Part shown: positions 1-32,264 of the stretch, piece after piece
Position numbering within the stretch: the first letter of the stretch is position 1
How the letters are laid out: every line of letters begins with the position of its first letter
DNA from: Amoebidium appalachense
Taxonomy: Eukaryota > Protista > Ichthyosporea
NCBI GenBank assembly: GCA_963693365.1
Contig: CAVNZM010000016.1
Coordinates: 7,361,029 to 7,425,028, forward strand
Length of the DNA: 64,000 nt
Reading direction: 5' to 3'
Notes under the pieces: generated by a model
Seen by the model: only the letters and a program-made list of their open reading frames with translations
Database searches by the model: none
Told to the model about the DNA's origin: nothing
Program-made: the position numbers and the translations under genes

Positions 1-945
1 GCCGTGTACATATGTACGTACGTATACATGGTGTGTGTGTGCAGTGTAAGTGTGTGTGTGTGCGCGCGCGTGTGTGTGTGTTTGTGTGTGTGTGGGTGGG
101 TGGGTGCATAGCATGTGATTGTACAGGGTAGATGCATGTGCACGTTTGAAATACAGTTATCATGATCTGAGATAGTATGTGCCTGTGCACGTGTACTAGC
201 CTAGGTCACATGTGTGGTGTCACGGCTGTGTATGTGGGGTGCATGTGTGCCTTTGAACGGAACACAGTGGTGCACAGTGTGTGTATTGCCTGCCATTTGC
301 GTGCCACTGATCGTTGGTACACGTGGCACCTGCACCTGGTGGCCGTCGACTCTGAGCATCTAGATCCATTCCATGTTTAGGCCTTCCTGGGGGGGAAGGG
401 GGGGGGGGGGGAGTACTAGTAGGGGGGGGGGGGGGGGACCCGCCTGAGAGGGGGGGGGGGGAGGGGTGAGGCCGGAGCGGCAGTGGGGGGAGAAGGAGGG
501 GCAGCACTGGCGGAGGGAACGGTGGGCAGCGGAGGAGGGGGGGAATGGGGTTCGATTTCTGGGGGGGGGAAGTTTTGAAGTGGAGGCCGGCCTATATATA
601 CATGCGCAGGCATATGCATTGTATGTTCATGTGGCCATGCATGGCTATGATGCATATGTGGTGTCACGGCTGTGTGTGTTTAAATGTGTGTGTGTGTGTG
701 TCTGTGTGTGTGTGTGTGTGTGTGCGCGCGTGGGTGTGTGCATAAATGTGTTTGGTGTGACAACATGTACATGTGCTAGGCTGGCGCTCTAGTCAGGGTC
801 TGCCATTGAACATTCTACAGGGACAGGGAGACACGTACGTACGTGTGCAGCTTGTGTGGGTGGTGTATGCCCCGTGTATGATGATACCTGCGAAGTCATG
901 AGAAGCTTCTCCCCGGGGGCGGGGCGGGGCGGGGGGGGCGGGGGG

Positions 946-1012
<67 letters not shown>

Positions 1013-1019
1013 CTCTCGG

Positions 1020-1530
1020 GCGTTCCGATTCGGCCGGGACGATTTTCGGAACTGTGTTTTCAAATATCGGAAATTCCGATTTTTTTTCTCGTAACTTCGA
1101 ACCCTGGTCAAAACTGGATGGATCGGATCGATCCAATGGAAGCTTACTGCGCTTATGATTGGGCGAAAGATATATCGTCTTTTCGAAAAGCACGAAAATC
1201 ATCTTTTCGAAAAGACGATATAAAAGCGATCCCATCGACTTTTCGCGAGATATAATTCTGCGGCGTGTTTGGCACGACACAAATACGTATTCGTGGTATT
1301 GCGCGAAAATACGAATACGATGAAAAGACGATATAACTGCGCTGCCAAACACGCCCTTAGCTTGCAACAGCCTGATATCCCCCCCCTCCCAATTAGCCGC
1401 TCAAGAAGCCTAAATATAATAAATATATTAGCTTGCAATTAATTCAGCTGATATCCCGGCCCCCCTCCCAATTAGCCGCTCAAGGAGCCCTAGCTTGCAA
1501 CAGCCTGATATATCCCCCCCCCCCCCCCCC
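1020..1530. repeat. Palindrome-rich, CpG-rich block followed by three diverged direct repeats (possible DNA-transposon/MITE subterminal remnant)
   Basis: Perfect 20-bp inverted repeat tatatcgtcttttcgaaaag (1171-1190) / cttttcgaaaagacgatata (1203-1222). Second IR ggcgtgtttggca (1262-1274) / tgccaaacacgcc (1343-1355). Direct repeats built from tagcttgcaa..ctgatat(ccc) and cccctcccaattagccgctcaag at ~1358-1512. Confidence 0.55.
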
Positions 1531-2650
1531 CCCCCCCCCATATCTGCCCCCGAGTCACTCAGTGCAAGACCCGGGCCTCAGTGCCCGGCCCAGGGACCCA
1601 AGCGTATGGGTGGCCCTTCATGATGCCATGTTAATTGAGGGGTTCAAAAATAGCTTCTGATTTTCCATGGTCTATGGACAGCAAACACGTTAGGTCTGTA
1701 CCATATCATTGGCCTTGTACGCCAGCCAGCCAGTTACCAGCCTAGAGAATGAATTGGCCCAGCATCCTATGCAGAAGATATGTATACGTATATGGTGACT
1801 GTACGTACGTCGGGTCATTGTGTGACCGTTGTTTTGGGACTTGCTGGAAAGATTTTTGATTTGAACGAGCCGACTGTCACAAATATGCCAATCGGAACGC
1901 AATCGGAAATAGTGCACGAATCAGCTTGCAGGAGCGCTTTGATTGGTGGAGCAGGTGCACAAGCATGAATACTCTTGAAGAGCTGTCCTATGTACGATAC
2001 AGCATGATGCCTGTGGGGATAGAATACAGTCCGTTCGCTATATCAGCAAGGCCCCTTTATTTCTCTATTTTTTTTTTTTTTTTCTTTCTTGGGAAGAATT
2101 GGGGCTGGCATACAGTATTTTGTCCGCACGGAGATATTCTGGCTCTTGTGAGAAGGGCCCCTGGGGTTGAGTGAATCAATTCGGGTTGTACAAGGCGAGT
2201 CGGGTCAACTGGGAGCCACTAAAGCAGATCGATCTGCCATGCGGGGCCACGCCTCACTGAACATCTTTTACACCGTCTGCACAAGATTTTCGTGCGATTT
2301 CTTCCTTCTCCAAAAAGAAAAAACTGTGGATTTGCAATAAGAAAATGTATACAGTCTGTTAGTGTCGTACAGCGAAAGGAGGCCGGGAGACGTATGCAAA
2401 GAACATCATTCCCTTTGGCCTCGGCGAGGCTGGCTCCCCAGACTATCTGTGGAGCCTTTTGCGCAAAATGGCTAAATTCCTTTGATCTACCTTCCATAAA
2501 AGGTGCATTCGCGGATATTCGCGTGACGTCCCGCAAGGATGTAGCTAAACACGCGGGCCGGCCTCGCCTCGCCGCGCGCGCTGGAGCGGCAAAAGTTCAG
2601 TCTTGCCGTACGTGTCTGCACAAGGGTGGGTGTCTGTACCAAACGCAACC

Positions 2651-6615
<3,965 letters not shown>

Positions 6616-7413
6616 GCCCCCACGAATGTAGACGAGTAAAGCATGTACATGCCTGTTAATATACATCCACCCTTGTGGTGAAATCCCTCTTTGCAAAGTG
6701 TCCAAGTCTGGTCAATGCCGCTACGGAGATGGTGGCACATTGTGTGCACTTGTGTTTTCTTCTTTTGGGGGGGGGGGGGGGGGGTTGGTGGGCAGAGAGG
6801 AAGGTTGGTGTTTAAACACAGCTGCTTACACCTCCCTCTTCATGGTGATAACTGACATGTGTACACACACAATGCTGTGCCGATCGGCCCAGGGTCGTTG
6901 GGATGTTGGGGATTACATTGATCGGCCATTATGTGTGGTGTGTGTGTGTATTGGGATGGGGGGGGGGGGGGGGGGAGATTTGTCGAGTGTGTGGTTTTGC
7001 TTTGCCCGGCTGCAGCCAGTCCAAAAACGTTCCCGCACTTGAAGTCATTATTGTAATTCTCGAAAAGTAGTAGGGACGGCACCTGCATGCCCCTGTAGCT
7101 TGAAATTGGGAAATATGGAGCAGTGTGCGTTCATGGCCAGTACAGAGCTTGCAGTGCATGGCAGGTCGATGTCACAAGCTTGCTTTTGTTTTGTGTGGGT
7201 GGGCTGTGTTCAGAGAGCCGTGGGCGGGGGCGCATGGGTGCCTTTGCCGATCGGGTATATATATATGGGGGTTTACGCTGTTTACTCGAGGCAAAGAGAA
7301 CCAGTCTCAGGTATGGGGGGGGGTTTTGCTCGGAATATCCCCTCAGCGGTATATCATGATCACGTACATAGATGTCGGGTGATAAGGAGAAATCAATTAG
7401 TTCGGGTTCCCCG

Positions 7414-7500
7414 TTTTTTTTTTTTTTTTTTGTTTTTTTTTATTTTTTTATTTTTTAATTTTTTTAAAGGGGCTCCCCTGGGACACTCGGTATCAGCTGG

Positions 7501-7553
<53 letters not shown>

Positions 7554-9600
7554 TGTGTGTGTGTGTGCGCATGCGCTATAATTTTGTAGTGATGTGTTTC
7601 TCAAGCCAATCAATACATCTAATAAACAGGTCGTAGTTACGCGTGTTTAGTATAAAATCAAGGATGTTGTAATTTACAGGTAGGCTATCTTTCTGGGTGT
7701 CTGTTGTGAATGTGACGTGTGTGTGTTGCAGTATTATGTAGTCTATCAAACTACATTTGGCGATACATGACCGGTTAAACTGGTGTGTGTGTGTGTTGTT
7801 TGGGCATGCAAATGATGCCACCTTATACTTATTAGATCTCCACTGTATAGCACGTGTACAGTAAAAGCGTGGTAATTGATCAATAATACCATCAGCTAGA
7901 GAAAGACCAGTTCTACAGGAAGGTAATATGTATTTAGGTGTTATACATTTGCGAGTGCCATATTTGGCAATATGGTTGAGGCGGTCAGTATATATAAAAC
8001 GAGACATAAGGCTTAGTTTTTCAAGGTGTATGCTTTCATCGGGTCTAGTGTCGTGTGGTATCTTTTTCCATTTGTTATATTGCGTGATTATCTTGTGATT
8101 GTGTACATGTTTAATAAGTAAGTGGCAGTCCAAAGTCACACACACTATTGCGGGGTTTATTTGTATTTGTGCCCAGGGGAGAAGGGGAGAGAGAGGGGAG
8201 GAAAGAGGGGAGAGGTGAGGAGGGGACAGGTCGGATAGAGAAGAGAGGGTGGGAGGGCAAATACTTCTTTAAGCGGCTTATGTGCTTATTGAAATTCAGC
8301 GCGAGATAGGATACTCTAGCAGCTATTGGGACCAGACCATATATCGAGAGCGTTACAGGCCCAGGTTTACAACAGTTGTTAGATAGAAAGGAGGCAACTT
8401 CTGCTTCAAGGAAATTTGCCAAGGGTTTAAGCGCTCTAGTTCTCTCTTTCTTGATAAAAGCGGCGAGAAGGGGTAAACCATATTCACATGCTGGGAAGAC
8501 AAAAGTGCGAATAAATGTAAGTCTAATAGAAGGATGGAGGGGTGTGTCTTTAAAAATATTAGCCGAGAAGAAAGCTAACCGCTTACGAGCCAACTCTACC
8601 CTCTTTTCGACCATATGGGGAAACATAACACCAGCAGAATCAACCGGAACACCAAGATATTTGTATTCTGGAACTATAGGTACAGGTTTAGATGATAATG
8701 TAAATGTGTGTAAATTGTTAGCTATATCAGGTACAAGAACACCACATTTGTCTATGTTAAGGATCATAAGGTTTGCCTTGCACCACTCTGACACTACATC
8801 GAACAATCTTTGCAGGCGTCTAGGGGTACGGGCAAGGAGGGACAGATCATCAGCATAGAGAAGTGCAGGCAGAAAGTTATTAATAGGGTCATCGTTTTCG
8901 GCGTAAATCTTGACAGCCAAATCATCTATAAATAGGTTAAACAAAAAGGGGCTAAGCAATGAACCCTGCAAGAGACCTCTAGTACGAGCAAAACCATATG
9001 AAAGATGCCCATTAACCACAGCTCTACCATAGGTTTGAGACAAGAGTGCTTCTAACAGAACACCAATGCAGTGTGGTACACCCCGTGCAGCAAGCTTTTC
9101 CCATAGGAGACCAGGGGAGACAGAATCGTAAGCAGTTTTCCAATCAATAAAGCCAACATATCGTGCACCAACTTGCATAGAATCGTGCAGTGCCATTATT
9201 TGAACATAACATGAATTGTTTTTACGAGAAGCGGATTGGCATGGGTGTATGTGAAGAATAGATTGAAACCTAGGGTGATGTGCAAATAACCTAAGTAAGC
9301 AAGCTTCAAAGAATCTACGAACAACCTGGGTTAGTGTAATGGGGCGAACGGATGATATGGGGCCCTCAGAGTCCTTCTTAACTATGGGGATCACTAAGGT
9401 ATCTAACCAAGATGACGGGACATGTCCACATTTAACACACCAAGAAAAGAGAGAGCTTAACATGATAGTAAGATCAGGTTTAATAGCACGATCACTTTCC
9501 TTTTGTGGGTAGGAGGGAACAAGGATTTTAAGAAACCCAGCAGGGAGTCCATATGTACACACATGCCTTAACTTCAAAGAAGCAGCTGCCACGGCATACA
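7414..9600 (-). mobile_element. 5'-truncated non-LTR (LINE-like) retrotransposon with RT domain, frameshifted C-terminus, (CA)n in the 3' UTR and A-rich tail
   Basis: The RT-containing ORF (8111-9865) continues after a frameshift in ORF 7576-8145 (Cys/His-containing C-terminus). On the minus strand the stop at 7576 is followed by ~(CA)30, a short unique stretch and an A-rich tail containing AATAAA (~7414-7465). No endonuclease domain or TSD seen; the 5' end is approximate. Confidence 0.85.
8111..9530 (-). pseudogene. LINE reverse transcriptase domain (truncated ORF2)
   Basis: Motifs VPSSWLDTLVIPIVKK, VRPITL, FIDWKTAYDSV, GLLQGSLLSPFLFNLFIDDL, LLYADDL, YKYLGV. The N-terminal part of the predicted ORF (above ~9600) is probably non-element promoter DNA. 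Confidence 0.9.
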
Positions 9601-10020
9601 CTTCGATGGGCCGCAGGGCACTGTGCACCTCTACGGCAGAGAACACATGCCTGGCGCCTGCATGTGTGGCTGCCTTTGCACGTTCTGACTGCAGGGCCTT
9701 GGCTTGGTTGAGCGGCTGTTTCTTGCACGCTGAAAATAAATTGCCGTCGCAAAAAAAAACATTCAGGTTTACTTGCGCAAGCGTTGTGCAAAACTTCACA
9801 TGGGCGCGGATTGCGCTCGATTTCGCACCGATTCCTTCCGATTTCACGATTGGCCCTGGGTTCACTGGCCTGAGTGACCGACAGACGGACCCTCGAGAGG
9901 CTGAGCCAGTTTCGTGCTCAACCGTGCGTGCGTGCTGTGGTAGTTGGGAGTGTTAATTCTCCTCGCTCTGTAGTTTTTTTATTCCCCACGCCTGTCTGCG
10001 CCTAGCGCACCGCCACCACC

Positions 10021-24843
<14,823 letters not shown>

Positions 24844-25390
24844 ATTTAAGGTAGCCACGTGTTTGTGTGCACGTGCTGTGGTCATGCGTATGTTGGGTGG
24901 TAGGTGTGGTGTGTGGCTCTCTGCACGTGGCTGGGCCCACGTGTCTGTAAGTTGACCTCGGGCCTGTGGCTTGGGTGAGCTGTGTGTTCCCGAGTATACC
25001 TCGTATTTTATTGTGCTGCATTTAGACCTGTAGACCTAGACGTGTTGGTCACTGCTCGGAAGGGGTGCCTTCCCGTCCTCCCTCCCTCCCTCCCTCCCGC
25101 TCTTCCTCCCGGCTCTCTCTCTCCGGGACCCTCCCTCCCTCACGGCCGTGCTCCCTCTCTCCCTTTCTCAAGTTCCGGGACCCTCCCACCCAGAGGCCTA
25201 ATTCCTCGTGACCTCCCTCCCTCCCTCCGACCTCCTCCCCACCTCCCTCCCTCCCCCCCCTCCCCCCCCCCCCCCCCCTCCCCCCCCCCCTTCCCCCCCC
25301 CCCCCTCCCCCCCCCCCCCCCCCCCCCCTCTCCCCCCGCCTCTCTCTCTCTCAGGTCTCTAGCTACCGGATGATGTGCATGTACATGCAG

Positions 25391-25421
<31 letters not shown>

Positions 25422-26235
25422 CTTCCCCGCCCCGCGGGCCGGGAAGCCCCCGGGCTGGTGTTTCTCTGGGGTTTTACGTACAACGGCGCACACCTTTGAT
25501 TCCTCGTGTGCACATACACCGGACTGTGATGCACATTGCATGCCCATTACGGCACGTGATGTGGTCCACGTGGATCGCGTGCATGCATGGCGTATGAAGG
25601 AATTGTAGTTGATGCGTTCCTAACCAATAGGAGTTGTGGACAGGACCTCAGGTGACATCAGGGCAGGAACCAAAATTATATAATGAAATTGAAAAGATTC
25701 ATCTGCAGCCACTCGAAGGCCAGTGGCCACGCTCATTACGCTTCAGTCATGCATTGAAAGTTCAAATTCGTGCCTGGCGGGATTCGAGTGTAGCGCATAG
25801 CTTCTTTTAGAATGCTTCTGCCCAAAAGGGGAAACTCTTTCTGCCTGAAAACTGATGTAGCCTAGCCATATGGACCAACCGGATGTGGGAAATTTCTAAC
25901 CATGTGAGTCACGACGTTTTGATTGGCCTAGGGCTCATCACACCAGACCTGTATTTTGATTGGCTACTCAATATTGTCGATAAAAAGTGCGTAAACCCCA
26001 ACTATATGAAGGCCTCGTTCATCAGAAAAACACCCCGGCAAAAACTTGGAGCAAACAGCAGCGAAAGGCAAAGCGTTTGAGTCAGAACTCACTAAGTAAA
26101 TACAAAGAAAAGCTACAGCCTTGAGTCTGAATTTATGATGTTTTGAGTTAAAAGACGCGCTAGTACTCAAGTGCCTATCCCGCAAACACACACGCCTACC
26201 CACCGACCTCATCCCCTTTAACTCTAACGGTGAAC

Positions 26236-27207
26236 ATGGCAAGCGACCTACCCACCTGCGACCTGAAGGTTGCGTCTGCGCAGTTTGAGAACAAGGATGG
26301 CGACAAAGCATACAACCTCTCTGTTATCGACAAACTGTCTGGGCGGGCAGCAGCACAGGGTGTGCAGGTGATTGTTTTCCATGAGCTGTGTGTGACGGCC
26401 TACACATACCTTAAAGACCTCACGCTTGAACAACTGAACGAGGTTAGTGAGCCTGTGCCTGGGCCCTCCACAAACGCACTTCAGGCCATAGCAAAGAAAC
26501 ACAACATCACCGTTTGTGCAGGGGTGGTAGAGAGGGACCCGGCCACAGGCAACATCTACAACACTTTTGTCTGTGTGGACGGGGATAAGGGTGTGCTTGG
26601 GTCACACCGCAAGATCCATCCTTTCATCCACCCGGCCATGGTGGGGGGGGACCACTACACAGTGTTCGACCTGCACGGGTGGAAGGCCGGCATACTCATC
26701 TGCTACGACAACAACGTGGTGGAGAACGTGCGCACCACGGCCCTGCTTGGTGCACAGATCATCCTCGCGCCACATGTTACCATGTGCACCCCATCCCCCA
26801 TGCCCGGGCGAGGGTTTGTAGACCCTGCCCTGTGGGTGAACAGAGAGAGAGACCCCGTGGCTCTGCGGTTGGAGTTTGACGGGCCGAAGGGTATGCGGTG
26901 GCTGTATAGGTGGCTGCCGGCCTGTGCATACCAGAACGGTGTGTACTACGTATTCTCAAATCCTATTGGCATGGACGGGGACCAGTTAAAGAACGGCAAC
27001 CCGCTAGTTCTCGACCCGTTTGGGGAGACTTTAAGCGAGTTGAAGTCGTTTGAGGATGGCTTCACAGTGGCCACGTGCATACCTGAAAAACTGACCCTGG
27101 CAGGGGGGTATCGCTACAGACAGGCACGTAAGCCAGAACTCTACGGGCACATCATAGGTGCCCCACACAACAGCGTTACAAAGCCAGTGTGGCTGGCCAA
27201 AAAGTAG
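26236..27207 (+). CDS. Carbon-nitrogen hydrolase (nitrilase superfamily), intronless, bacterial-like, 323 aa
   Basis: Catalytic triad E (VFHEL), K (HRKIHPF), C (ILICYDNN). Family signatures AQFENKDGDK, PHVTMCTPS, FSNPIGMDGDQLKNG. ATG at 26236 in good context (aacATGG). Confidence 0.93.
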   Translation: MASDLPTCDLKVASAQFENKDGDKAYNLSVIDKLSGRAAAQGVQVIVFHELCVTAYTYLKDLTLEQLNEVSEPVPGPSTNALQAIAKKHNITVCAGVVERDPATGNIYNTFVCVDGDKGVLGSHRKIHPFIHPAMVGGDHYTVFDLHGWKAGILICYDNNVVENVRTTALLGAQIILAPHVTMCTPSPMPGRGFVDPALWVNRERDPVALRLEFDGPKGMRWLYRWLPACAYQNGVYYVFSNPIGMDGDQLKNGNPLVLDPFGETLSELKSFEDGFTVATCIPEKLTLAGGYRYRQARKPELYGHIIGAPHNSVTKPVWLAKK

Positions 27208-27719
27208 GGTGGGGGTGGGGTGGGGTGGTTTACACATGTTTCCCCGGCACTCTCTCCCCCCTCTCCCCCTCCCCGCCCTCCCCCCCCTCTCCTCCCTTCC
27301 CCCCCCTCTCCCCCCCTAACCCCCCTGACCCCCCTCCTGCCCTACCCCACACACACACTACCAGCCACCCATCCCCCCCCCCCCCCCCCCCCCCCCCCCC
27401 AGCCCCGGTTTGGGCAGACACCAGCACGTTTTGAAGATTAAAAAAGCTACTTGTCGTTTTGTAGCCTTACAACCTCCGGGCATACCAGTGTGCATACTCG
27501 CTTTCGTTTTTTAGCCACGTTTGCACTTGTATGATCGCTGGTATCGGAATTGTGTGTAGCAGTGCACACACAAACAATACTTGATGGGAACCGTTGAAAA
27601 GTTGTGGTGGTCGGGGATTGTTGAGACCAGTTGAGGCCGGGGATGTCACATGATGTCAACATTTGACATTTCATTCCCCCCTTTCCTCCCCTCCCATCTC
27701 CCCCTCTCCCTCCCTCCCA

Positions 27720-27767
<48 letters not shown>

Positions 27768-28336
27768 ACACCCGCCACCCCCCAAGGCTCCTCCCGCCGC
27801 CGCCGGGACCTCCTCCCCGTGCCGCATCCCCACCTTACTACAAAACAACTCTCAAATCAACTCTCATAATCCATGCATCTGCACACCCATAGTATGCCCA
27901 TACATATCTACATACGTATTCAATTAGCAATAGACATCTATACACATGTACACACACATCCACACCCAAACGTATATCACCTGCATATCCACACCCAAAT
28001 CATTTTCACAATATTCGTATGCAAATCTACCCTAAATGGACGCAAATCTACCCATATAGGCATATCTAATTTCACATGCCATAGTAAATCTAACCACATG
28101 CATATGCATATCTGCCCCGTGTGCATATCTGCCCCAATGCTTATCATGATATGCTTATCAGTGCCCCATATGTATATCTACTGCCATGATATTGATATAC
28201 ATATCCACCCACATGCGTATCCCCCAGCCCGCCTCTCCCAGTTTGCAACCGTTTATATATATTATTGTCTCTTCCCGAAGCCCTTGTGTTCACCTTCTCA
28301 TATGTATTGTGCTCGTGCTCGCCTTCGCGTTTACAG

Positions 28337-28458
28337 TGCGTGCACACACATGTCCTCACGTGCGTGCACACACATGTCCTCACCGTGCGTGCACACACAT
28401 GTCCTCACGTGCGTGCACACACATGTCCTCACGTGCGTGCACACACATGTCCTCACGT
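28337..28458. repeat. 24-bp tandem repeat gtgcgtgcacacacatgtcctcac (~5 copies)
   Basis: Read directly. Confidence 0.85.
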
Positions 28459-28730
28459 AAAGAGGGAGAAAGAAAGTAGTGTGCGGCTTTGCACCAAGCC
28501 TTTGAAGTGTATGGGGAGGAGAGGGTTGGAAGGATGGGTGGGTGGGTGGGTGGTGGTGGTGATGATGGGGTGGGGTGAGTGGGGGGGGGCTGACTGCACA
28601 CAGCGAATCAATGTGGTAATGTTTAGCCCAGCTAAGGTATCGAATATATTCACAGAGGACTGGCCAGCAGCCCCCGTTGGCCCACTGTCTATTCTTATGC
28701 CACCTACTACTAAGTGTGTCTAAATATAGC

Positions 28731-28811
28731 CTAGTCGTTGACCTGCTCCCCCTGGGCCTCCTCACACGCATCAATCCACGCACAGAACACATCCACGTTC
28801 TCCATCAGGCC

Positions 28812-28898
<87 letters not shown>

Positions 28899-28936
28899 GT
28901 GTCTTTGTGTATGTACACAGACGAAGTGCAGGCAGC

Positions 28937-28977
<41 letters not shown>

Positions 28978-29257
28978 TTACTGTGTGTGAGAGATGGGGA
29001 CGGAAGGAGGAGGAGGAGGAGGAGCTGGTGGTGGTGATGTGTGTGTGTGTGTGTGTGTGGGGGGGGAGGGGGGGGGGGGGGGGGGGGGGGGGATGCAAAT
29101 TGGGTGTGTGGTTCGTAATAGGAGTATGCCGGTGCATGAAGGTGTAAACGGAATGGGGAGGGGGGGGGGGGGGGGGAGAAGAGGGATAGAGCGAGCAAGA
29201 TAGATGCAGGGAGGAACGCTTGATATATCAGGTATGCACCTGCATGGGCTAGACGTG

Positions 29258-29328
<71 letters not shown>

Positions 29329-29517
29329 TGTGTCTAAAAGGGGTTGGGGGGCACACATAAATAGGCTGTAATTGTGTGTAGACATGATAGGAAGCAGTCA
29401 CAGGGCATTGCTACATGGCAGGCGGCATGTGCTGAGTGTGCATGTACATGTGGGCGCATGTGGGTGTGTGTGTGTGTGAACAGAGAGTACAGGTGTTCAG
29501 GAAGTGTGTGAGTGTAG

Positions 29518-29548
<31 letters not shown>

Positions 29549-29667
29549 TGCACGTGCGTGTACGAGTGTGTGTGTGTGTGTGCGTGCGCCCATGAAGGTA
29601 TGTGTCTGTCTCTCTCTCTGTGTGTATGTGCCCGTATATACGCCTGTCTGTATCTGTATGAATATGT

Positions 29668-29749
<82 letters not shown>

Positions 29750-30466
29750 GTTTGTGCGGGTGCACGTACAGTTGATGGGTGTCTGCCAGTTTTCACCGCA
29801 GATGCGGCATTCCAGTGACCCGATGTTGCGATCCCGGTCCCTATTGGCCCGATGTCAGCATCCAGGGTTGGAAATAGAAGCACCAACGAGTGGCGAAAAA
29901 AAAGCAAACAAAATGAACACACAGAGAGAATATGTAGCAGAAGTCACTAGTAGAGCCCAAATCATGCCCGGTATGCATGTGGCCATCTGGGAAAATAAAC
30001 TCAACCCATGTACCAAGTATGCTGTAAAAAGTAGGTCACAGGCCAACAGGGTTGCTAATGTGGCAGGCACTCAGAAGTGTTCGCGGTTACAGCAGGATGA
30101 ACGATGCAAAAAAGAGATGCCTCTTTTGAAAAGGGGCAAGGAAGGTGGAGGGGAGGGGGGAGGGGGAGGGGGGGGGGGGAGAGGGGGGGGGGGGGGGGGG
30201 AGGGGGAGAGGGGGGCAGGCAGGAAACGGAAGTCAAATCCTGAGCCTGAGGATGCGTAAAAGAACGGTGTGTCGTTGGAGGGAAGGTGGGTGGGTGGGTG
30301 GGTGGGGAGAGGGGGGAGGGGGTTGGCGGGGGGGGAGGGGGGGCAAGGACAAGAAAAAGGTGGATGGGAGACAATTGTTGGTTTGGATTTGTGTGCAGGG
30401 GCAGGTGGAAGCGCACGTGTCAGGTGTGTAGGTGTGCATATGTGTGCGTGTGCATGTGCATGTGTG

Positions 30467-30533
<67 letters not shown>

Positions 30534-30809
30534 TGGGGCGGGAGGGGGGGGGGGGGGGGGAGGGGGCAAATGAACGTTTGTGTCAAGCGGTGACGGGGAC
30601 GTCTATGGACCTGTTTGTGTGTGGGGGGGGATTTGGGGGGGGGGGGGGGGTTTGAATGCGGAACACAGTACGAAGTACGCATACACGATGAGAAGCATGG
30701 TGCAGGACACATGCAAAGGCAAACATTCAACTATGCAGCATCAGCCATGCGCACAGGGGGGGGGGGGGGGGAGGGGAGGAGGGAGCGAGGGGACACGTGT
30801 TTGTGTGTT

Positions 30810-30853
<44 letters not shown>

Positions 30854-31534
30854 CGTACGTGTGTGTGTGTGTGTGTGTGTGTGTGCTAAAGGCAAACGGG
30901 GAGCATGCAGAATTTTACAGAAGCAGGAAACCGAGGAGGAAAAAAGGTGAGAACTGAGGAGAGGGAGACAAGGGAGGGGGAGAGGTGGGGGGGGGGGGGG
31001 GGGGGGGGGGAAGGCAGCAGGAGAAGAGAAAACAACACGATATAAAAGTAGGAAGCAGCCTTATTGCGTTTTTGTGAGCAGATAGCGAACAAAAGCAAGC
31101 TAGGGGATAGGACCAAGGCACTGTGTCCGTATGGCTGCATATTTTTACGCAAGCAGCAAGCAGCTTCCATGGTGTGTGCGCGCATGCGTGTGTACCAGCA
31201 TGTGAACGTGGTTCTATCGCACTCCGTCCCTCCTCTGCCCCTATGATCTTCTCTCTCTCTCCATCTGTCTTACCCCCCACCCTCTCCCCTCCCCCCCCCC
31301 CCCCTTCCCGGGTGCAACCCCCCCCCCCCCCCCCTCTCCCCCCTCCTCCCTCCTCACTTCCTTTCTCCCCCCTCATTCACAACACACGCAAACCTACCCT
31401 CCGTACGTGCACGTGGTTCTCTTTCTTACTCCCTCACCCCCTCCCCCTCCCCCCGCCCTCTATTACTGTGTGGCTAATTTCTTGTCTGTCCCTGTGTGTG
31501 CGTGCATGCACATGTGCATGTGCACAAGTCTGTG

Positions 31535-31616
<82 letters not shown>

Positions 31617-31920
31617 AGTGTGGAGATGTCCGTATGACTCTGCCAGTATCCAAGTATGGGTGTTGATGCACATTGATGTGTGTGTAAAAGTGTACCGGTG
31701 TGCCTTTGCGCGAGTCTGTGTGTGCGCGTGTGCCAGGGTAAGAAATTGGGTGCCATCGTCTGTGTGCACGTGTGGGTGTGCGCGTCTTTGTATGCACTTC
31801 TCTCCCTCTCTCTCTCTTTCTCTCTCGCTCTCCCCCTCTCTTTGTGTGTCTGCATGTGTGCGTGCGTGTGTGCGTGTGTGTGTGCACCACTGGGTGATTG
31901 TGTGTTTGCGTGCTATGCAG

Positions 31921-31957
<37 letters not shown>

Positions 31958-32264
31958 CTATGTCTGTGTGTGTGTCTGCGTGCATGACTGTGTGGGTGTG
32001 TGCGCGCACTATGCAAATGCGTGGTGTGTGTGCGTGACCACAAGCGTGCATGCGTGCGTGCGAGCAAGTAAACGTTTGATGACTTGGGGGGAGGGGAGGC
32101 GGAAGGGGGGGGGGGGAAAGGGGGGTAGTGTGTGTCCATTGCGAGTGCACGTACATCTTTATCTCAATGCTCTTCTCGTGGTTGCAGAACGGGCAGGTGA
32201 AGGTGCTGTCCAGGCCGGGCTTCTTCTTCTTCACCACCTTGCGCTTGCTCGCCCGCTTGCCCAT
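28731..32264 (-). CDS. ELF1: Transcription elongation factor Elf1/ELOF1 (3 exons, 86 aa)
   Basis: Exons 32264-32155, 29840-29770, 28810-28731 (261 nt), GT-AG. Protein [86 protein letters not shown] contains the C4 zinc ribbon. Confidence 0.94.

Noticed and set aside
1690-2200. Short ORFs and weak similarity to sequence near 7300-7480
   Set aside because: No recognisable domain, and the matches are too short to distinguish from chance.
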